Positions 7,960-18,824 of a stretch of DNA of 64,000 bases are shown here, piece by piece. Position numbers and translations under genes: made by a program. The stretch comes from Albidovulum sp. GTDB lineage: Bacteria > Pseudomonadota > Alphaproteobacteria > Rhodobacterales > Rhodobacteraceae. Below the pieces are notes generated by a model, which worked only from the letters and a program-made list of their open reading frames with translations, made no database searches and had not been told where the DNA came from. How positions within the stretch are numbered: position 1 is the stretch's first letter; every line of letters begins with the position of its first letter. The stretch lies in the NCBI GenBank assembly GCA_049646285.1, contig JBARVN010000065.1, positions 40 to 64,039 on the forward strand, written 5' to 3'.

Positions 7960-10071
7960 ATGGAAACCATTATCCTCTTTGCCCCGCTTCTGGGCGCGCT
8001 CATCGGCGGTTTTGGCTGGCGGTTGATTGGTGAGACGGGTGCCTTGGTGGTGACCACAGGGCTCTTGTTTCTGGCCTGCCTGCTTAGCTGGGTCGTGTTT
8101 CTGGGCTTTGACGGCACCACACAGCATATCCATATTCTGGACTGGATCCGCTCGGGCAGTCTCGACACCGAATGGTCGATCCGGCTGGACCGGTTGACCG
8201 CGATCATGCTGGTGGTGGTCACGACCGTCTCGGCGCTCGTCCATCTCTATTCATGGGGCTACATGGCCCATGATGAGAACTGGACCCATGATGAGCACTA
8301 CAAGGCGCGGTTCTTCGCGTATCTCTCGTTCTTCACCTTTGCGATGTTGATGCTGGTGACGGCGGATAACCTTGTGCAGATGTTCTTTGGCTGGGAAGGC
8401 GTTGGCGTCGCCTCTTACCTGCTGATCGGGTTTTACTATAAAAAAGCCAGCGCAAATGCGGCTGCGATCAAGGCGTTTGTGGTCAACCGGGTGGGTGATT
8501 TCGGCTTTGCGCTTGGGATCTTCGGGCTCTTTATGCTGGTCGACAGCATCCGTCTGGATGATATCTTTGCCAATGCGCCGGCTTTGGCCGAAACCAACCT
8601 GCACTTCCTCTGGACAGACTGGAATGCCGCCAACTTGCTGGCCTTCCTTCTCTTTATCGGCGCGATGGGTAAATCGGCGCAGCTTTTCTTGCACACGTGG
8701 TTGCCTGACGCGATGGAAGGCCCGACGCCGGTGTCTGCCCTGATCCATGCGGCAACGATGGTCACCGCTGGTGTCTTTCTGGTCTGCCGTATGTCGCCCT
8801 TGTTCGAATACGCACCCGAGGCGAAGTCCTTCGTGATGTATATCGGCGCTGCCACGGCGTTCTTTGCCGCGACCGTTGGCCTGGTGCAAAACGATATCAA
8901 GCGCGTCATCGCCTATTCGACCTGTTCGCAACTGGGCTATATGTTCGTGGCGGCAGGGGCAGGCATCTACGGCGCTGCGATGTTCCACCTCTTCACCCAC
9001 GCGTTCTTCAAGGCGATGCTGTTTCTTGGCGCAGGCTCGGTCATCACCGCGATGCATCATGAGCAGGACATGCGCAACTACGGCGGCTTGCGGAAGAAAA
9101 TTCCGCTGACTTTCTGGGCGATGATGATCGGCACCTTGGCGATCACGGGTGTGGGCATTCCGCTGACCCATTTTGGCTTTGCCGGTTTCCTGTCCAAGGA
9201 TGCGATCATTGAAAGCGCCTTTGCCAGCGGCAATGGTTTTGCGTTCTGGGCCTTGGTGATTGCCGCGCTCTTCACCAGCTTCTATTCATGGCGGCTGATC
9301 TTCATGACCTTTTACGGCAAGCCGCGCGGCGACCATCATGCCCATGATCATGCGCACGAATCGCCGCTGACCATGACCATCCCGCTGGGTGTGCTTGCGC
9401 TGGGGGCGGTCTTTGCGGGTATGCTTTGGTACAAGCCCTTCTTTGGTGACCATGCCTCGATGACGACATTCTTCGCAATGCCGCATCACGCCGAAGCGGC
9501 GGAAGGTGCTGCTGACGCGCATGGCACTGCGACACATGAAGCCACCACCACCGAGGCCGAGACTGAAACGGACAGTCACGGAGTTGTTGCCCATTCGATG
9601 GATGGCGGCGAGGCTCCGCAAGGCGCGATCTTCATGTCAGCGGCGTCAAATCAGGTGTTGGATGATGCCCATCATGCACCGGCCTGGGTCAAAGCCTCGC
9701 CCTTCATGGCCATGCTGATCGGGTTCTTTACGGCCTGGATGTTTTACATCAAGGATCCGTCACTCCCCGGCCGTCTGGCTGCCCAGCAGCCGATCCTCTA
9801 CCGCTTTTTGCTGAACAAGTGGTACTTCGATGAGATCTATGATGCGCTGATTGTAAAGCCTGCCAAGCGGCTTGGTACGTTCTTGTGGAAGCGCGGGGAT
9901 GGCAATGTCATTGACGGCACCATCAACGGCGTTGCGATGGGCTTTATCCCGCGCATGACCCGGCTCGCTGCAAAAGCTCAGTCTGGTTACATTTTTCACT
10001 ACGCTTTCGCGATGGTCGTCGGGATTGCCGTGTTGCTTAGTTGGATGACGCTCTCGGGGGGCGCGCACTGA
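7960..10071 (+). CDS. nuoL: NADH-quinone oxidoreductase subunit L
   Basis: 703-aa antiporter-like subunit ([26 protein letters not shown]). Confidence 0.97.
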   Translation: METIILFAPLLGALIGGFGWRLIGETGALVVTTGLLFLACLLSWVVFLGFDGTTQHIHILDWIRSGSLDTEWSIRLDRLTAIMLVVVTTVSALVHLYSWGYMAHDENWTHDEHYKARFFAYLSFFTFAMLMLVTADNLVQMFFGWEGVGVASYLLIGFYYKKASANAAAIKAFVVNRVGDFGFALGIFGLFMLVDSIRLDDIFANAPALAETNLHFLWTDWNAANLLAFLLFIGAMGKSAQLFLHTWLPDAMEGPTPVSALIHAATMVTAGVFLVCRMSPLFEYAPEAKSFVMYIGAATAFFAATVGLVQNDIKRVIAYSTCSQLGYMFVAAGAGIYGAAMFHLFTHAFFKAMLFLGAGSVITAMHHEQDMRNYGGLRKKIPLTFWAMMIGTLAITGVGIPLTHFGFAGFLSKDAIIESAFASGNGFAFWALVIAALFTSFYSWRLIFMTFYGKPRGDHHAHDHAHESPLTMTIPLGVLALGAVFAGMLWYKPFFGDHASMTTFFAMPHHAEAAEGAADAHGTATHEATTTEAETETDSHGVVAHSMDGGEAPQGAIFMSAASNQVLDDAHHAPAWVKASPFMAMLIGFFTAWMFYIKDPSLPGRLAAQQPILYRFLLNKWYFDEIYDALIVKPAKRLGTFLWKRGDGNVIDGTINGVAMGFIPRMTRLAAKAQSGYIFHYAFAMVVGIAVLLSWMTLSGGAH

Positions 10072-11609
10072 TGGAAAACCTTCTCTCCATTATTACTTTC
10101 GTGCCCCTTGTGGCCGCTGCGATCCTGGCGCTGTTCTTGCGCGGGAATGACGAGGCGGCGCAAGCCAATGCCAAACGGCTGGCGCTGATTGCAACCTCGG
10201 CCACATTCCTTGTGTCGATATTCTTGCTGACGGGGTTTGAACCAAGCGATACCGGCTTTCAGTTCGTGGAAGAACACAGCTGGATCATGGGGCTGAACTA
10301 CAAGGTCGGCGTTGATGGGATCTCTGTTCTCTTCGTCCTTTTGACGACGTTCCTTATGCCAATCACGATCCTGTCGTGCTGGCAGGTCGAAACCCGCGTC
10401 AAGGAATACATGGTCGCATTTCTGGTGCTGGAAGGGCTGATGATCGGCGTGTTCGTCGCGCTGGATCTGGTGCTCTTTTACCTGTTCTTTGAGGCGGGCC
10501 TGATCCCGATGTTCCTGATAATCGGCATCTGGGGCGGCAAGGAGCGTATCTACGCAGCCTTCAAGTTTTTCCTTTATACCTTCCTCGGCTCGGTCCTGAT
10601 GCTGGTCGCGATGATCGCGATGTATGTGGATGCGGGCACGACAGATATTCCGACGCTGCTGGTCCATCAATTCTCGTCCGAGACGCTGAATGTGCTGGGG
10701 TTCCGGGTGATCGGCGGCATGCAGACACTGCTGTGGCTGGCGTTCTTCGCAAGCTTTGCCGTGAAGATGCCGATGTGGCCGGTGCATACATGGTTGCCTG
10801 ATGCCCACGTTCAGGCCCCGACAGCAGGTTCTGTCGTTCTGGCGGCGATCTTGCTGAAGATGGGCGGCTACGGCTTCTTGCGCTTTAGCCTGCCGATGTT
10901 CCCGGTGGCCTCTGACCATTTGGCGGGGCTGGTCTTGTGGCTGAGCGCCATTGCGATTGTCTACACGTCGCTGGTGGCCCTCGTGCAATCGGATATGAAA
11001 AAGCTGATCGCCTATTCTTCCGTCGCGCATATGGGCTTTGTCACGATGGGGATTTTTGCCGCGAACCAGCAAGGGGTCGATGGCGCAATCTTCCAGATGA
11101 TCAGCCACGGTTTCATCTCGGGCGCATTGTTCCTGTGCGTCGGGGTCATCTATGACCGGATGCATACGCGCGAGATTGACGCTTATGGCGGTCTGGTGAA
11201 CCGGATGCCATCCTATGCGCTGATCTTCATGTTCTTCACGATGGCCAATGTCGGCCTGCCCGGCACTTCGGGTTTTGTGGGCGAGTTTCTGACCCTTGTG
11301 GGCATCTTTCAGGTCAATACATGGGTTGCGGCAGTTGCGACTTCGGGTGTGATCTTGTCGGCGGCCTATGCGCTTTGGCTTTACCGCCGGGTGGTGATGG
11401 GTGATCTGATCAAGGAGGCCTTGCGGTCGATCACCGATCTGACCACCCGCGAAAAGGCGATCTTTGCGCCGTTGGTCGCGATGACCCTTTTGCTTGGGGT
11501 CTATCCCAGCCTTGTCACCGATATGATCGGGCCGTCGGTTTCGGCCCTTGTTTCTGACTACCACGCCGCCATTCCCGCATCTGATGCGGCGAAGCTGGCC
11601 AGCCACTGA
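10071..11609 (+). CDS. nuoM: NADH-quinone oxidoreductase subunit M
   Basis: Antiporter-like subunit. Start is ATG 10071, overlapping the nuoL TGA (TGATG). The ORF-track start at 10041 lies inside nuoL. Confidence 0.96.
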   Translation: MENLLSIITFVPLVAAAILALFLRGNDEAAQANAKRLALIATSATFLVSIFLLTGFEPSDTGFQFVEEHSWIMGLNYKVGVDGISVLFVLLTTFLMPITILSCWQVETRVKEYMVAFLVLEGLMIGVFVALDLVLFYLFFEAGLIPMFLIIGIWGGKERIYAAFKFFLYTFLGSVLMLVAMIAMYVDAGTTDIPTLLVHQFSSETLNVLGFRVIGGMQTLLWLAFFASFAVKMPMWPVHTWLPDAHVQAPTAGSVVLAAILLKMGGYGFLRFSLPMFPVASDHLAGLVLWLSAIAIVYTSLVALVQSDMKKLIAYSSVAHMGFVTMGIFAANQQGVDGAIFQMISHGFISGALFLCVGVIYDRMHTREIDAYGGLVNRMPSYALIFMFFTMANVGLPGTSGFVGEFLTLVGIFQVNTWVAAVATSGVILSAAYALWLYRRVVMGDLIKEALRSITDLTTREKAIFAPLVAMTLLLGVYPSLVTDMIGPSVSALVSDYHAAIPASDAAKLASH

Positions 11610-11619
11610 GGACCTAGCG

Positions 11620-13059
11620 ATGATCTCTGCCGATTTCTCCGCCATTCTGCCCGAAGTGGTTCTGGTTCTTTACGCCATGGCCGCGCTTTTGGGCGCTGTC
11701 TATACCGGCAAGGATGAGCTGACGGGTACGCTGACATGGGCCACCTCGGCCGTTTTTGTGGGGCTTGCCGCCTGGATTGGCCTGTCTGGCGCGGGCGACA
11801 GCATGGCCTTTGGCGGTATGTTCATCGATGACGCGTTTTCGCGCTATGCCAAGGTTCTGATCTTGCTGGCCGCGGCTGCGGTTCTGGCGATGAGCCAGGA
11901 CTATATGATGCGCCGCGGGCTGGGGCGGTTCGAGTTTCCGCTGCTGGCCGCTTTTGCAGTTGTTGGCATGATGGTCATGGTCTCGGCGGGCGATCTTATG
12001 TCGCTGTATATGGGGTTGGAGCTTCAATCCCTGTCGCTTTATGTGATTGCCGCTTTTCGCCGTGACAGCATCAAATCCACCGAAGCCGGTTTGAAGTACT
12101 TCGTGCTCGGTGCACTGTCGTCGGGGCTTTTGCTTTACGGCGCGTCGCTGACCTATGGCTTTACCGGCACGACCCTGTTCGCAGGCATTGTTGAGACCAT
12201 CCATGGCGGGCACACATCGGTTGGACTGCTCTTTGGTCTGGTGTTCCTGATCACGGGCCTTGCCTTCAAAATCTCGGCAGTGCCGTTCCATATGTGGACG
12301 CCCGATGTCTATGAAGGATCGCCGACGCCGGTCACGGCCTTCTTTGCGACGGCCCCGAAGGTCGCCGCTGTCGCGCTGTTTGCGCGGGTCATGCATGATG
12401 CCTTTGGCACAGCGGTCAGTGATTGGAGCCAGGTTCTGGCGCTCTTGGCGGTGCTATCGATGTTTCTGGGTGCCATTGCCGCCATTGGACAGCGCGATAT
12501 CAAACGACTTATGGCCTATTCGTCGATTGCGCATATGGGCTTCGCGCTGGTGGGGTTGGCCTCGGGCACCGAAGCGGGTGTGCAGGCGATGCTGATCTAC
12601 ATGGCGGTTTATGTGGTGATGAATGTCGGCACCTTCGCCTTTATCCTGTCGATGGAAAAAGATGGGATGCCGGTCACGAATATCGGATCGCTTAACCTCT
12701 ATTCCAAGAAAGAGCCGATCAAGGCGCTGGCGCTTTTGGTCTTGATGTTTTCGTTGGCCGGCGTGCCGCCGATGCTGGGCTTCTTCGCGAAATACGGTGT
12801 GCTGCTGGCGGCGGTGAATGCGGGCATGATCTGGCTGGCGCTGGCCGGTGCGGTCGCTTCGGTGATTGGCGCATTCTACTATTTGCGCATCGTGTTCTAC
12901 ATGTATTTCGGCACAGAATCCGACGCTTTGGATGGCAAGATGGTGCCGGTCCAATGGGTGTTCCTGATGGCATCAGCCATTGTGATGCTTGCGGGTATCG
13001 TAAACCTTTTCGGGGTCGAGGGGGCGGCGGCGCTGGCAGCCGAAGCTCTTGTCCGCTGA
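11620..13059 (+). CDS. nuoN: NADH-quinone oxidoreductase subunit N
   Basis: Antiporter-like subunit. Start set at ATG 11620 ([15 protein letters not shown]), after the nuoM stop. Confidence 0.95.
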   Translation: MISADFSAILPEVVLVLYAMAALLGAVYTGKDELTGTLTWATSAVFVGLAAWIGLSGAGDSMAFGGMFIDDAFSRYAKVLILLAAAAVLAMSQDYMMRRGLGRFEFPLLAAFAVVGMMVMVSAGDLMSLYMGLELQSLSLYVIAAFRRDSIKSTEAGLKYFVLGALSSGLLLYGASLTYGFTGTTLFAGIVETIHGGHTSVGLLFGLVFLITGLAFKISAVPFHMWTPDVYEGSPTPVTAFFATAPKVAAVALFARVMHDAFGTAVSDWSQVLALLAVLSMFLGAIAAIGQRDIKRLMAYSSIAHMGFALVGLASGTEAGVQAMLIYMAVYVVMNVGTFAFILSMEKDGMPVTNIGSLNLYSKKEPIKALALLVLMFSLAGVPPMLGFFAKYGVLLAAVNAGMIWLALAGAVASVIGAFYYLRIVFYMYFGTESDALDGKMVPVQWVFLMASAIVMLAGIVNLFGVEGAAALAAEALVR

Positions 13060-13822
13060 GTGGGAGCATGATCTTTCGGTCTGGCCTGAAGGCGTGGCCC
13101 GCCATGTTTTGGCCGAGGTGGACAGCACAAACTCCGAAGCGGCCCGTCTGGCCCCGGGACTGACGAAAGCAACATGGATCCTTGCGCACCGTCAATCCGC
13201 CGCAAGGGGGCGGCGGGGGCGAGCGTGGGCATCGCCGGAGGGAAACCTGTCTTCCACTTTGTTGATGCCCTTCGTGGGTGCGCCTGCGGATGCCGCATTG
13301 CGCAGCTTCGTGGCAGCCCTTGCCTTGGCTGATGCTTTGGGTGCGGTCTGCGGCCCCGGCGTGAACATCGCGCTGAAATGGCCGAATGATGTGCTTTTGA
13401 ACGGCGGCAAGGTTGCCGGGATCTTGCTTGAAAGCACCGGGCAGGGCGGCAGCACGCACCATCTGGCGGTCGGCATCGGGGTCAATCTTGCAGCAGCACC
13501 CCCCGCAGAAACGGTTGAGCCGGGCGCAGTGCTGCCCGTGTCCGTTCTGGGCGAAACCGGGGTGGTGGTCGCCCCTGAAGCCTTTTTGCCGTACCTTGCT
13601 AACGCTTTTGCCCATTGGGAAACGCAACTATCCACCCATGGGTTTTCCGAGGTACGCGCCGCGTGGCTGGTCCGCGCCGCCAAGCTTGGGCAGCCTTTGA
13701 CCGCGCGCACCGGGTCCGAGGTGATCGAAGGCATCTTCGAGACGATTGCCGAGGATGGTATGCTGGTTCTGACAACGCCCAATGGCCCGCGCAAAATACC
13801 CGCGGCGGACGTCTTTTTCTAA
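13049..13822 (+). CDS. birA: biotin--[acetyl-CoA-carboxylase] ligase
   Basis: [26 protein letters not shown] and [19 protein letters not shown] are BirA catalytic-core motifs. The start is uncertain: TTG 13049 overlaps the nuoN end, GTG 13094 is an alternative. Confidence 0.85.
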   Translation: MSAEWEHDLSVWPEGVARHVLAEVDSTNSEAARLAPGLTKATWILAHRQSAARGRRGRAWASPEGNLSSTLLMPFVGAPADAALRSFVAALALADALGAVCGPGVNIALKWPNDVLLNGGKVAGILLESTGQGGSTHHLAVGIGVNLAAAPPAETVEPGAVLPVSVLGETGVVVAPEAFLPYLANAFAHWETQLSTHGFSEVRAAWLVRAAKLGQPLTARTGSEVIEGIFETIAEDGMLVLTTPNGPRKIPAADVFF

Positions 13823-13834
13823 GGGGAGGGGCCC

Positions 13835-14614
13835 ATGCTCCTATGCATCGATACCGGCAATACGAATACGGTGTTTTCCGTCTGGGACGGACATGACTTT
13901 GTGTGCACCTTGCGAACGTCATCTGAACATCAACGTACGGCGGATCAGTATTTCGTTTGGTTCTCGACGCTGATGCAGCACCACAACGTACCGGTTGAGA
14001 TTGACAGCTGCGTCATCTCATCAACGGTGCCGCGCGTGGTGTTCAACTTGCGGGTTTTGTGCGACCGCTATTTCAATTGCCGCCCTTTGGTTGTGGGCAA
14101 GCCTGACTGCGCCTTGCCGGTAGCGCCAAGGGTCGATCAAGGGACGACCGTGGGCCCCGACCGTCTGGTCAACACCGTCGCGGGCTATGACCGGTTCGGC
14201 GGCGATTTGATCATCGTTGATTTTGGCACCGCGACAACCTTTGACGTGGTCGATGCTGACGGTGCCTATATTGGGGGCGTGATCTCACCCGGCGTAAACA
14301 CCTCGCTGGAAGCACTGCATATGGCCGCGGCTGCCTTGCCGCATGTAGATGTGACCAAGCCACAATCGGCGATTGGCACGAATACGGTTGCCTGTATGCA
14401 ATCGGGCATTTACTGGGGCTACGTCGGCCTTGTCGAAGGGATCGTCCGTCAGATCCGGATTGAACGGGATCGTCCGATGAAGGTGATCGCCACCGGGGGG
14501 CTTGCAAGCCTCTTTGATCAGGGTACGGAGATTTTCGACAGGGTCGAGGATGATCTGACGATGCACGGGCTGGTCCTGATCCATCGCCACAATATGGAAT
14601 TGGAAAACGCATGA
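13835..14614 (+). CDS. coaX: type III pantothenate kinase
   Basis: MLLCIDTGNTNTVFSVWDG and IIVDFGTATTFDVV are CoaX motifs. Confidence 0.9.
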   Translation: MLLCIDTGNTNTVFSVWDGHDFVCTLRTSSEHQRTADQYFVWFSTLMQHHNVPVEIDSCVISSTVPRVVFNLRVLCDRYFNCRPLVVGKPDCALPVAPRVDQGTTVGPDRLVNTVAGYDRFGGDLIIVDFGTATTFDVVDADGAYIGGVISPGVNTSLEALHMAAAALPHVDVTKPQSAIGTNTVACMQSGIYWGYVGLVEGIVRQIRIERDRPMKVIATGGLASLFDQGTEIFDRVEDDLTMHGLVLIHRHNMELENA

Positions 14615-16293
14615 GTAAGACCGACCGCCTGATCTATCTGCCGCTAGGTGGTGCCGGTGAAATTGGCATGAACGCCTATGTTTACGGCTATGGCCCCAAG
14701 GGTAAGGAACGGCTGATCGTTGTCGATCTGGGCGTGACCTTCCCGGATATGGATACGTCACCCGGTGTTGACCTGATCATGGCCGATGCCACGTGGCTGG
14801 CAGAAAACGCCGCCCGCATTGAAGCGATATTCATCACCCATGCGCATGAGGATCATGTCGGAGCATTGGGGCTTTTGTGGCCGCGCCTGAAGGCGAAGGT
14901 TTACACGCGTGCCTTTACTGGGGCGCTGGCAACGCTGAAGATGGAAGAGCATGGCCATCCGCTTGATGTGATCAACATCGTAGCGCCGCGCCCGCATGTG
15001 GTTGAGGCTGGCCCCTTTAAGGTTCAGTTCGTGCCGGTCAGCCATTCGATCCCGGAAAGCTCGGCCTTGATCATTGACACGCCTGCAGGGCGGATTGTGC
15101 ATACCGGGGATTTCAAGCTGGATGGCAGCCCGATTGTGGGCGAACCGTTTGACCCTGTGGCCTGGCATGCGATTGCCAATGAAGGCGCGGGCGTCAAGGT
15201 TTTGACCTGTGACAGCACCAACGTGTTTTCGCCTAAACCCGGCCGGTCAGAGGCCACATTGGCTGAACCGCTGACAAAGCTGATTGCTGAGCAGCGCGGT
15301 ATGGTGGTGGCCACCACGTTTGCCTCCAACGTCGCGCGTCTAAAGACACTGGCCGAAGCAGGAACCGCTGCCGGCCGCTCTGTCTGTATGCTGGGTAGGG
15401 CGATGAAAAAGATGCTGACGGCTGCGGTCGAGACCGGAGTGGTATCCGACTTCCCGGCCATTGTCCCGCCGGAAGAGGCCGCGAAAATTCCCCGTCAGAA
15501 CCTGATGCTGATTGTGACTGGCAGTCAGGGGGAACGGCGGGCCGCCTCGGCCCAGCTTAGCCGTGGTAAATACCTTGGGTTGCAGATGAACGAGGGGGAT
15601 ACGTTCTTGTTCTCCTCTAAAACCATCCCGGGCAATGAACGCGGTGTCATCCGGGTGATGAATGCCTATTCGGAAATGGGCGTGGACATTGTCGATGACA
15701 ATGACGGGCTGTACCACGTTTCTGGCCACGCGAACCGGCCAGATCTTGAGGCGGTACATGACCTCTTGCGCCCCAAGATCTTGCTGCCAATGCACGGCGA
15801 GCACCGGCATCTGCGTGAACACTGCCAGATCGCTCTATCAAAAGGCATTTCCACAACGCTTGCGACCAACGGCACTATGGTTGACCTTACGGGCGACACG
15901 CCAACTGTGGTCGAGCACATTGAAACCGGACGTACATATCTGGATGGATCGGTGATGATCGGGTCCATGGACGGCGTCGTGCGCGACCGGATCCGTATGG
16001 CGCTGAACGGTCATGTCATGGCAACGGTGATCCTGGATGAGCAGGATCAGCCACTGGGCGATGCGTGGGTCGAAGTCATGGGATTGTCCGAAAAAGGCCG
16101 ACGCGGTGCGCCACTGTCCGACATGATCGAGGCCGAGCTGAATGAGTTTCTGGACGGCGCAGGCGCCAAGATGCTGCGCAATGACGATAAGCTCGAAGAA
16201 GGGATCCGCCGCATCGTGCGTCAGGTGACGATGGAAGAAGTGGGCAAAAAACCCGAAGTGACCGTGGTGACAAGCCGGTTGGTCGCTGAATAG
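14611..16293 (+). CDS. rnj: ribonuclease J (metallo-beta-lactamase / beta-CASP family)
   Basis: HAHEDHVGAL metallo-beta-lactamase motif with beta-CASP architecture, 560 aa. ATGA overlap with coaX. Confidence 0.9.
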   Translation: MSKTDRLIYLPLGGAGEIGMNAYVYGYGPKGKERLIVVDLGVTFPDMDTSPGVDLIMADATWLAENAARIEAIFITHAHEDHVGALGLLWPRLKAKVYTRAFTGALATLKMEEHGHPLDVINIVAPRPHVVEAGPFKVQFVPVSHSIPESSALIIDTPAGRIVHTGDFKLDGSPIVGEPFDPVAWHAIANEGAGVKVLTCDSTNVFSPKPGRSEATLAEPLTKLIAEQRGMVVATTFASNVARLKTLAEAGTAAGRSVCMLGRAMKKMLTAAVETGVVSDFPAIVPPEEAAKIPRQNLMLIVTGSQGERRAASAQLSRGKYLGLQMNEGDTFLFSSKTIPGNERGVIRVMNAYSEMGVDIVDDNDGLYHVSGHANRPDLEAVHDLLRPKILLPMHGEHRHLREHCQIALSKGISTTLATNGTMVDLTGDTPTVVEHIETGRTYLDGSVMIGSMDGVVRDRIRMALNGHVMATVILDEQDQPLGDAWVEVMGLSEKGRRGAPLSDMIEAELNEFLDGAGAKMLRNDDKLEEGIRRIVRQVTMEEVGKKPEVTVVTSRLVAE

Positions 16294-16320
16294 CGCAGGC
16301 CCAGATCAAACAAAGAAAAA

Positions 16321-16349
16321 CCTCGGCAAAATCGCCGGGTTTTTTTTTG
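16321..16349. terminator. rho-independent, probably bidirectional terminator
   Basis: The hairpin cctcggc-aaaat-cgccggg is flanked by gaaaaa upstream and a T9 run downstream, so a U-tract follows the stem on both strands. It lies 28 nt after the rnj stop. Confidence 0.65.
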
Positions 16350-16502
16350 GTTTTAGGGGGGGCTCTGTTCACAGAGCACCCATGCGTCATCGAAACGTAT
16401 TATAGAATTTCACGTTAATCCTGAACCATCTAACGCCGTCTGAAATCAAAGATTTCAACGCGTTAGATGATACTGGATGCCTTGAGTTAAACGCCAAACG
16501 CT

Positions 16503-18059
16503 TTAGTTATCGGCGGTGTCAGACACCTTAGGAACGCTGCGCATCAGGAAATCGGGCACGTGATCGCCCATCCCCACGACAGGCTCATCACGACGATCAC
16601 CACCTCTGTTATTGCGGCGATCATCACGGCGTCCGCCACGCTCATTGTCTTGACGCTCTTTGCGGGCGGGTGCTTCGGTCCGAGCCGGGGCTTCTGCAAC
16701 GGCGGGTTCAGGGGCGCGCGGTGCTTCAACAACGGCCTCGACAGCCGCGGGTTGCGGCGCAATCGGTTCCATCGAGGCCACCTGATCATGCGGCTTGACG
16801 GGGCGCGTCTTGCGCTCGTCCCGGCCCCGGTCGCTTCTTTCGCCGCGGCGCCCTCGTGGTTTGTCTTCTTCCTTGCGTGCCGGGCGTTGCGCGGCCTCGC
16901 TCAGCGCAAACTCACCTGGGGCGGTTGCGCGCGGCAAAGATGTCTTCAACAGCGCTTCGATCGCGTCCAGATACTTCTGGTCCGAAGGGGTCGAAAGTGT
17001 GATCGCAACGCCCTTGCGGCCCGCGCGGCCGGTGCGGCCGATGCGGTGCACGTAATCTTCGGCATGGCTTGGCACATCAAAGTTGAACACATGGCTCACC
17101 GCCGGGATATCAAGCCCGCGCGCAGCCACGTCCGAGGCGACAAGAAAGCGTAGCGAGCCATCGCGAAACCCATCAAGCGTGCGCATGCGCTGGCTCTGGT
17201 CAAGATCACCGTGAATGGGAGCCGCATCAAGACCGTATTTTTTCAAAGACTTGGCTAGAATATCGACCTCTGTCTTGCGGTTGCAAAACAAAATGGCGTT
17301 GGTGCAGGCATCCCCTTCGGCGGTGATGATCGCACGCAGTAATTCGCGCTTTTGCTTTGCTGCCTGATCTTTGCGGGTTGGAACCAGCTCGATCAATCTT
17401 TGCTCAATCGTCTCGGACGCGGTGGCCTGACGTGCCACTTCGATCCGTGCAGGGTTGTGCAAAAAGGCATTGGTGATCCGCTCAATTTCCGGCGCCATAG
17501 TGGCCGAATAAAAGAACGTCTGCCGGGTGAAGGGGGTAAGCGAGAATATCCGCTCAATATCGGGAATAAAGCCCATGTCGAGCATCCGGTCTGCTTCATC
17601 CACCACCATGATCTGAACGCCTGTCAACAGCAGCTTGCCGCGTTCAAAATGGTCCAAAAGACGGCCGGGGGTGGCGATCAGCACATCGACACCGCGGTCG
17701 ATCAGCTTGTCTTGTTCGCCAAAGGATACGCCGCCAATCAGCAGTGCCTTGGTCAGCTTTGTGTTTTTTGCATAAATCTCGAAGTTTTCAGCCACCTGAG
17801 CGGCCAATTCACGTGTCGGTGCCAGAACCAGTGATCGTGGCATACGTGCGCGGGCCCTGCCGCGTCCGAGAAGGGTTATCATCGGCAGCGTAAAGCTGGC
17901 CGTTTTGCCGGTGCCCGTCTGGGCGATGCCCAGCACGTCACGCCCCTCAAGGGCTGGCGGTATCGCGCCTGCCTGAATTGGGGTTGGGGTTTCATAGCCA
18001 GCTTCGGCAATTGCTTGCAGGACCTTGGGGTCCAGCTTCAGGTCGGAAAATTTTGTCAT
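16503..18059 (-). CDS. DEAD-box ATP-dependent RNA helicase (RhlE-like) with Arg/Gly/Asp-rich C-terminal tail
   Basis: Q-motif (TPIQAGAIP), AQTGTGKT, DEAD, SAT and HRIGRTGRAG motifs. Basic RGG/RD-rich tail. Confidence 0.95.
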   Translation of the reverse strand: MTKFSDLKLDPKVLQAIAEAGYETPTPIQAGAIPPALEGRDVLGIAQTGTGKTASFTLPMITLLGRGRARARMPRSLVLAPTRELAAQVAENFEIYAKNTKLTKALLIGGVSFGEQDKLIDRGVDVLIATPGRLLDHFERGKLLLTGVQIMVVDEADRMLDMGFIPDIERIFSLTPFTRQTFFYSATMAPEIERITNAFLHNPARIEVARQATASETIEQRLIELVPTRKDQAAKQKRELLRAIITAEGDACTNAILFCNRKTEVDILAKSLKKYGLDAAPIHGDLDQSQRMRTLDGFRDGSLRFLVASDVAARGLDIPAVSHVFNFDVPSHAEDYVHRIGRTGRAGRKGVAITLSTPSDQKYLDAIEALLKTSLPRATAPGEFALSEAAQRPARKEEDKPRGRRGERSDRGRDERKTRPVKPHDQVASMEPIAPQPAAVEAVVEAPRAPEPAVAEAPARTEAPARKERQDNERGGRRDDRRNNRGGDRRDEPVVGMGDHVPDFLMRSVPKVSDTADN

Positions 18060-18208
18060 ATACGTCCATCAGATTGCGGTATCGGACCGCAGGGTAAAGG
18101 GACGCTATAGCCCGGGCGTCCCGGCAAAGGCCCACCGGATGTGGGTTCTGCGGAACTACTGCATATTGTCTGAAAGGTCAATCTGCCGAGAGATACACCC
18201 AAACCGAA

Positions 18209-18238
18209 GCACCGTCCGCCTGGGGGAGCGGACGGTGC
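18209..18238 (-). terminator. stem-loop terminator candidate downstream of the VPLPA-CTERM gene
   Basis: Perfect 11-bp stem gcaccgtccgc/gcggacggtgc with an 8-nt loop. On the minus strand it is followed by ttcggtttggg. Confidence 0.5.
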
Positions 18239-18311
18239 CTTGGTTGGGTATTTGGGTGGGTATTTGGTGTGGGTACTAAGTAACTGCCGATAGCTTTCTT
18301 ACTTAAGAAAT

Positions 18312-18824
18312 CTACCTGCGACGGCGACGCATAAACGCCGCCATGCCGAGACCGGACAGGAGCAGTGCTCCACCGGCAGGCACCGGAACGGCCGCCAGAT
18401 CAAGGCGAATGGCCCCGATATGATTGCCGCCACCCGCCGAGCGTGCAAGCACGTTCAACGAGATATTGTATGACCCCGGTCCAAGATTGAACGAGCCAGA
18501 GCTGAAATTGGGATCAGCCAGAGCTGTGTCAAAGTTCATCCCGACCGTTGTCGGTCCCGTCATCGGATCAGAGGTCGTTCCGAGTGACAGGGCATTTGCA
18601 AAAACCTCAAACTTATCGCCAGCCGCAAAGCCATCGACAATTGTCAAAATGGCGTTCCCGACCAGCGTGAAGCTGAAGTTTCGACTTACGGTGGTGCCGA
18701 CTGCCCCAAAGGCAAACCGATCCCAGCCGCTGTCGGCTACGAGGTTAATGGTCGCTGCGCGGGTGGGGCCGGCAGAAACCAGCGCGGCTGCCACGACCAG
18801 CGCTTTTAGGGGGACGTTAAACAT
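18312..18824 (-). CDS. VPLPA-CTERM sorting-domain secreted protein
   Basis: The C-terminus VPVPAGGALLLSGLGMAAFMRRRRR fits the VPLPA-CTERM pattern: motif, TM helix, Arg cluster. Start set at ATG 18824 (signal peptide MFNVPLKALVVAAALVSAGPTRAA, GGAG RBS). The ORF-track start at 18932 is probably too far upstream. Confidence 0.7.
   Translation of the reverse strand: MFNVPLKALVVAAALVSAGPTRAATINLVADSGWDRFAFGAVGTTVSRNFSFTLVGNAILTIVDGFAAGDKFEVFANALSLGTTSDPMTGPTTVGMNFDTALADPNFSSGSFNLGPGSYNISLNVLARSAGGGNHIGAIRLDLAAVPVPAGGALLLSGLGMAAFMRRRRR

Noticed and set aside
6853-8244. 463-aa ORF on the minus strand, plus 7668-8222 and 8251-9171 on the minus strand.
   Set aside because: They lie entirely antisense to nuoJ/nuoK/nuoL, which have unambiguous conserved products. 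The translations are Arg/His/Gln/Asp/Pro-rich with no hydrophobic core. This is the typical artefact of stop-codon-poor antisense frames in GC-rich DNA.
9476-9640. His/Ala/Thr/Glu-rich low-complexity segment in NuoL ([34 protein letters not shown]...), considered as a possible lineage-specific insertion or metal-binding loop.
   Set aside because: NuoL/Nqo12 proteins of Rhodobacterales-type bacteria are about 700 aa as far as I recall, so this is probably the usual variable loop. I cannot establish novelty without an alignment.
9999-11645. 548-aa ORF on the minus strand.
   Set aside because: It is antisense to the whole of nuoM. The composition is extremely biased (R, H, Q, D, P), and there is no RBS or operon context.
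16350-16502. AT-rich spacer examined for a tRNA, 4.5S/ffs or other known small RNA gene.
   Set aside because: I could fold no cloverleaf and find no conserved SRP or tmRNA motifs, only generic hairpins. It is reported as a structured 3'-UTR candidate rather than as an RNA gene.
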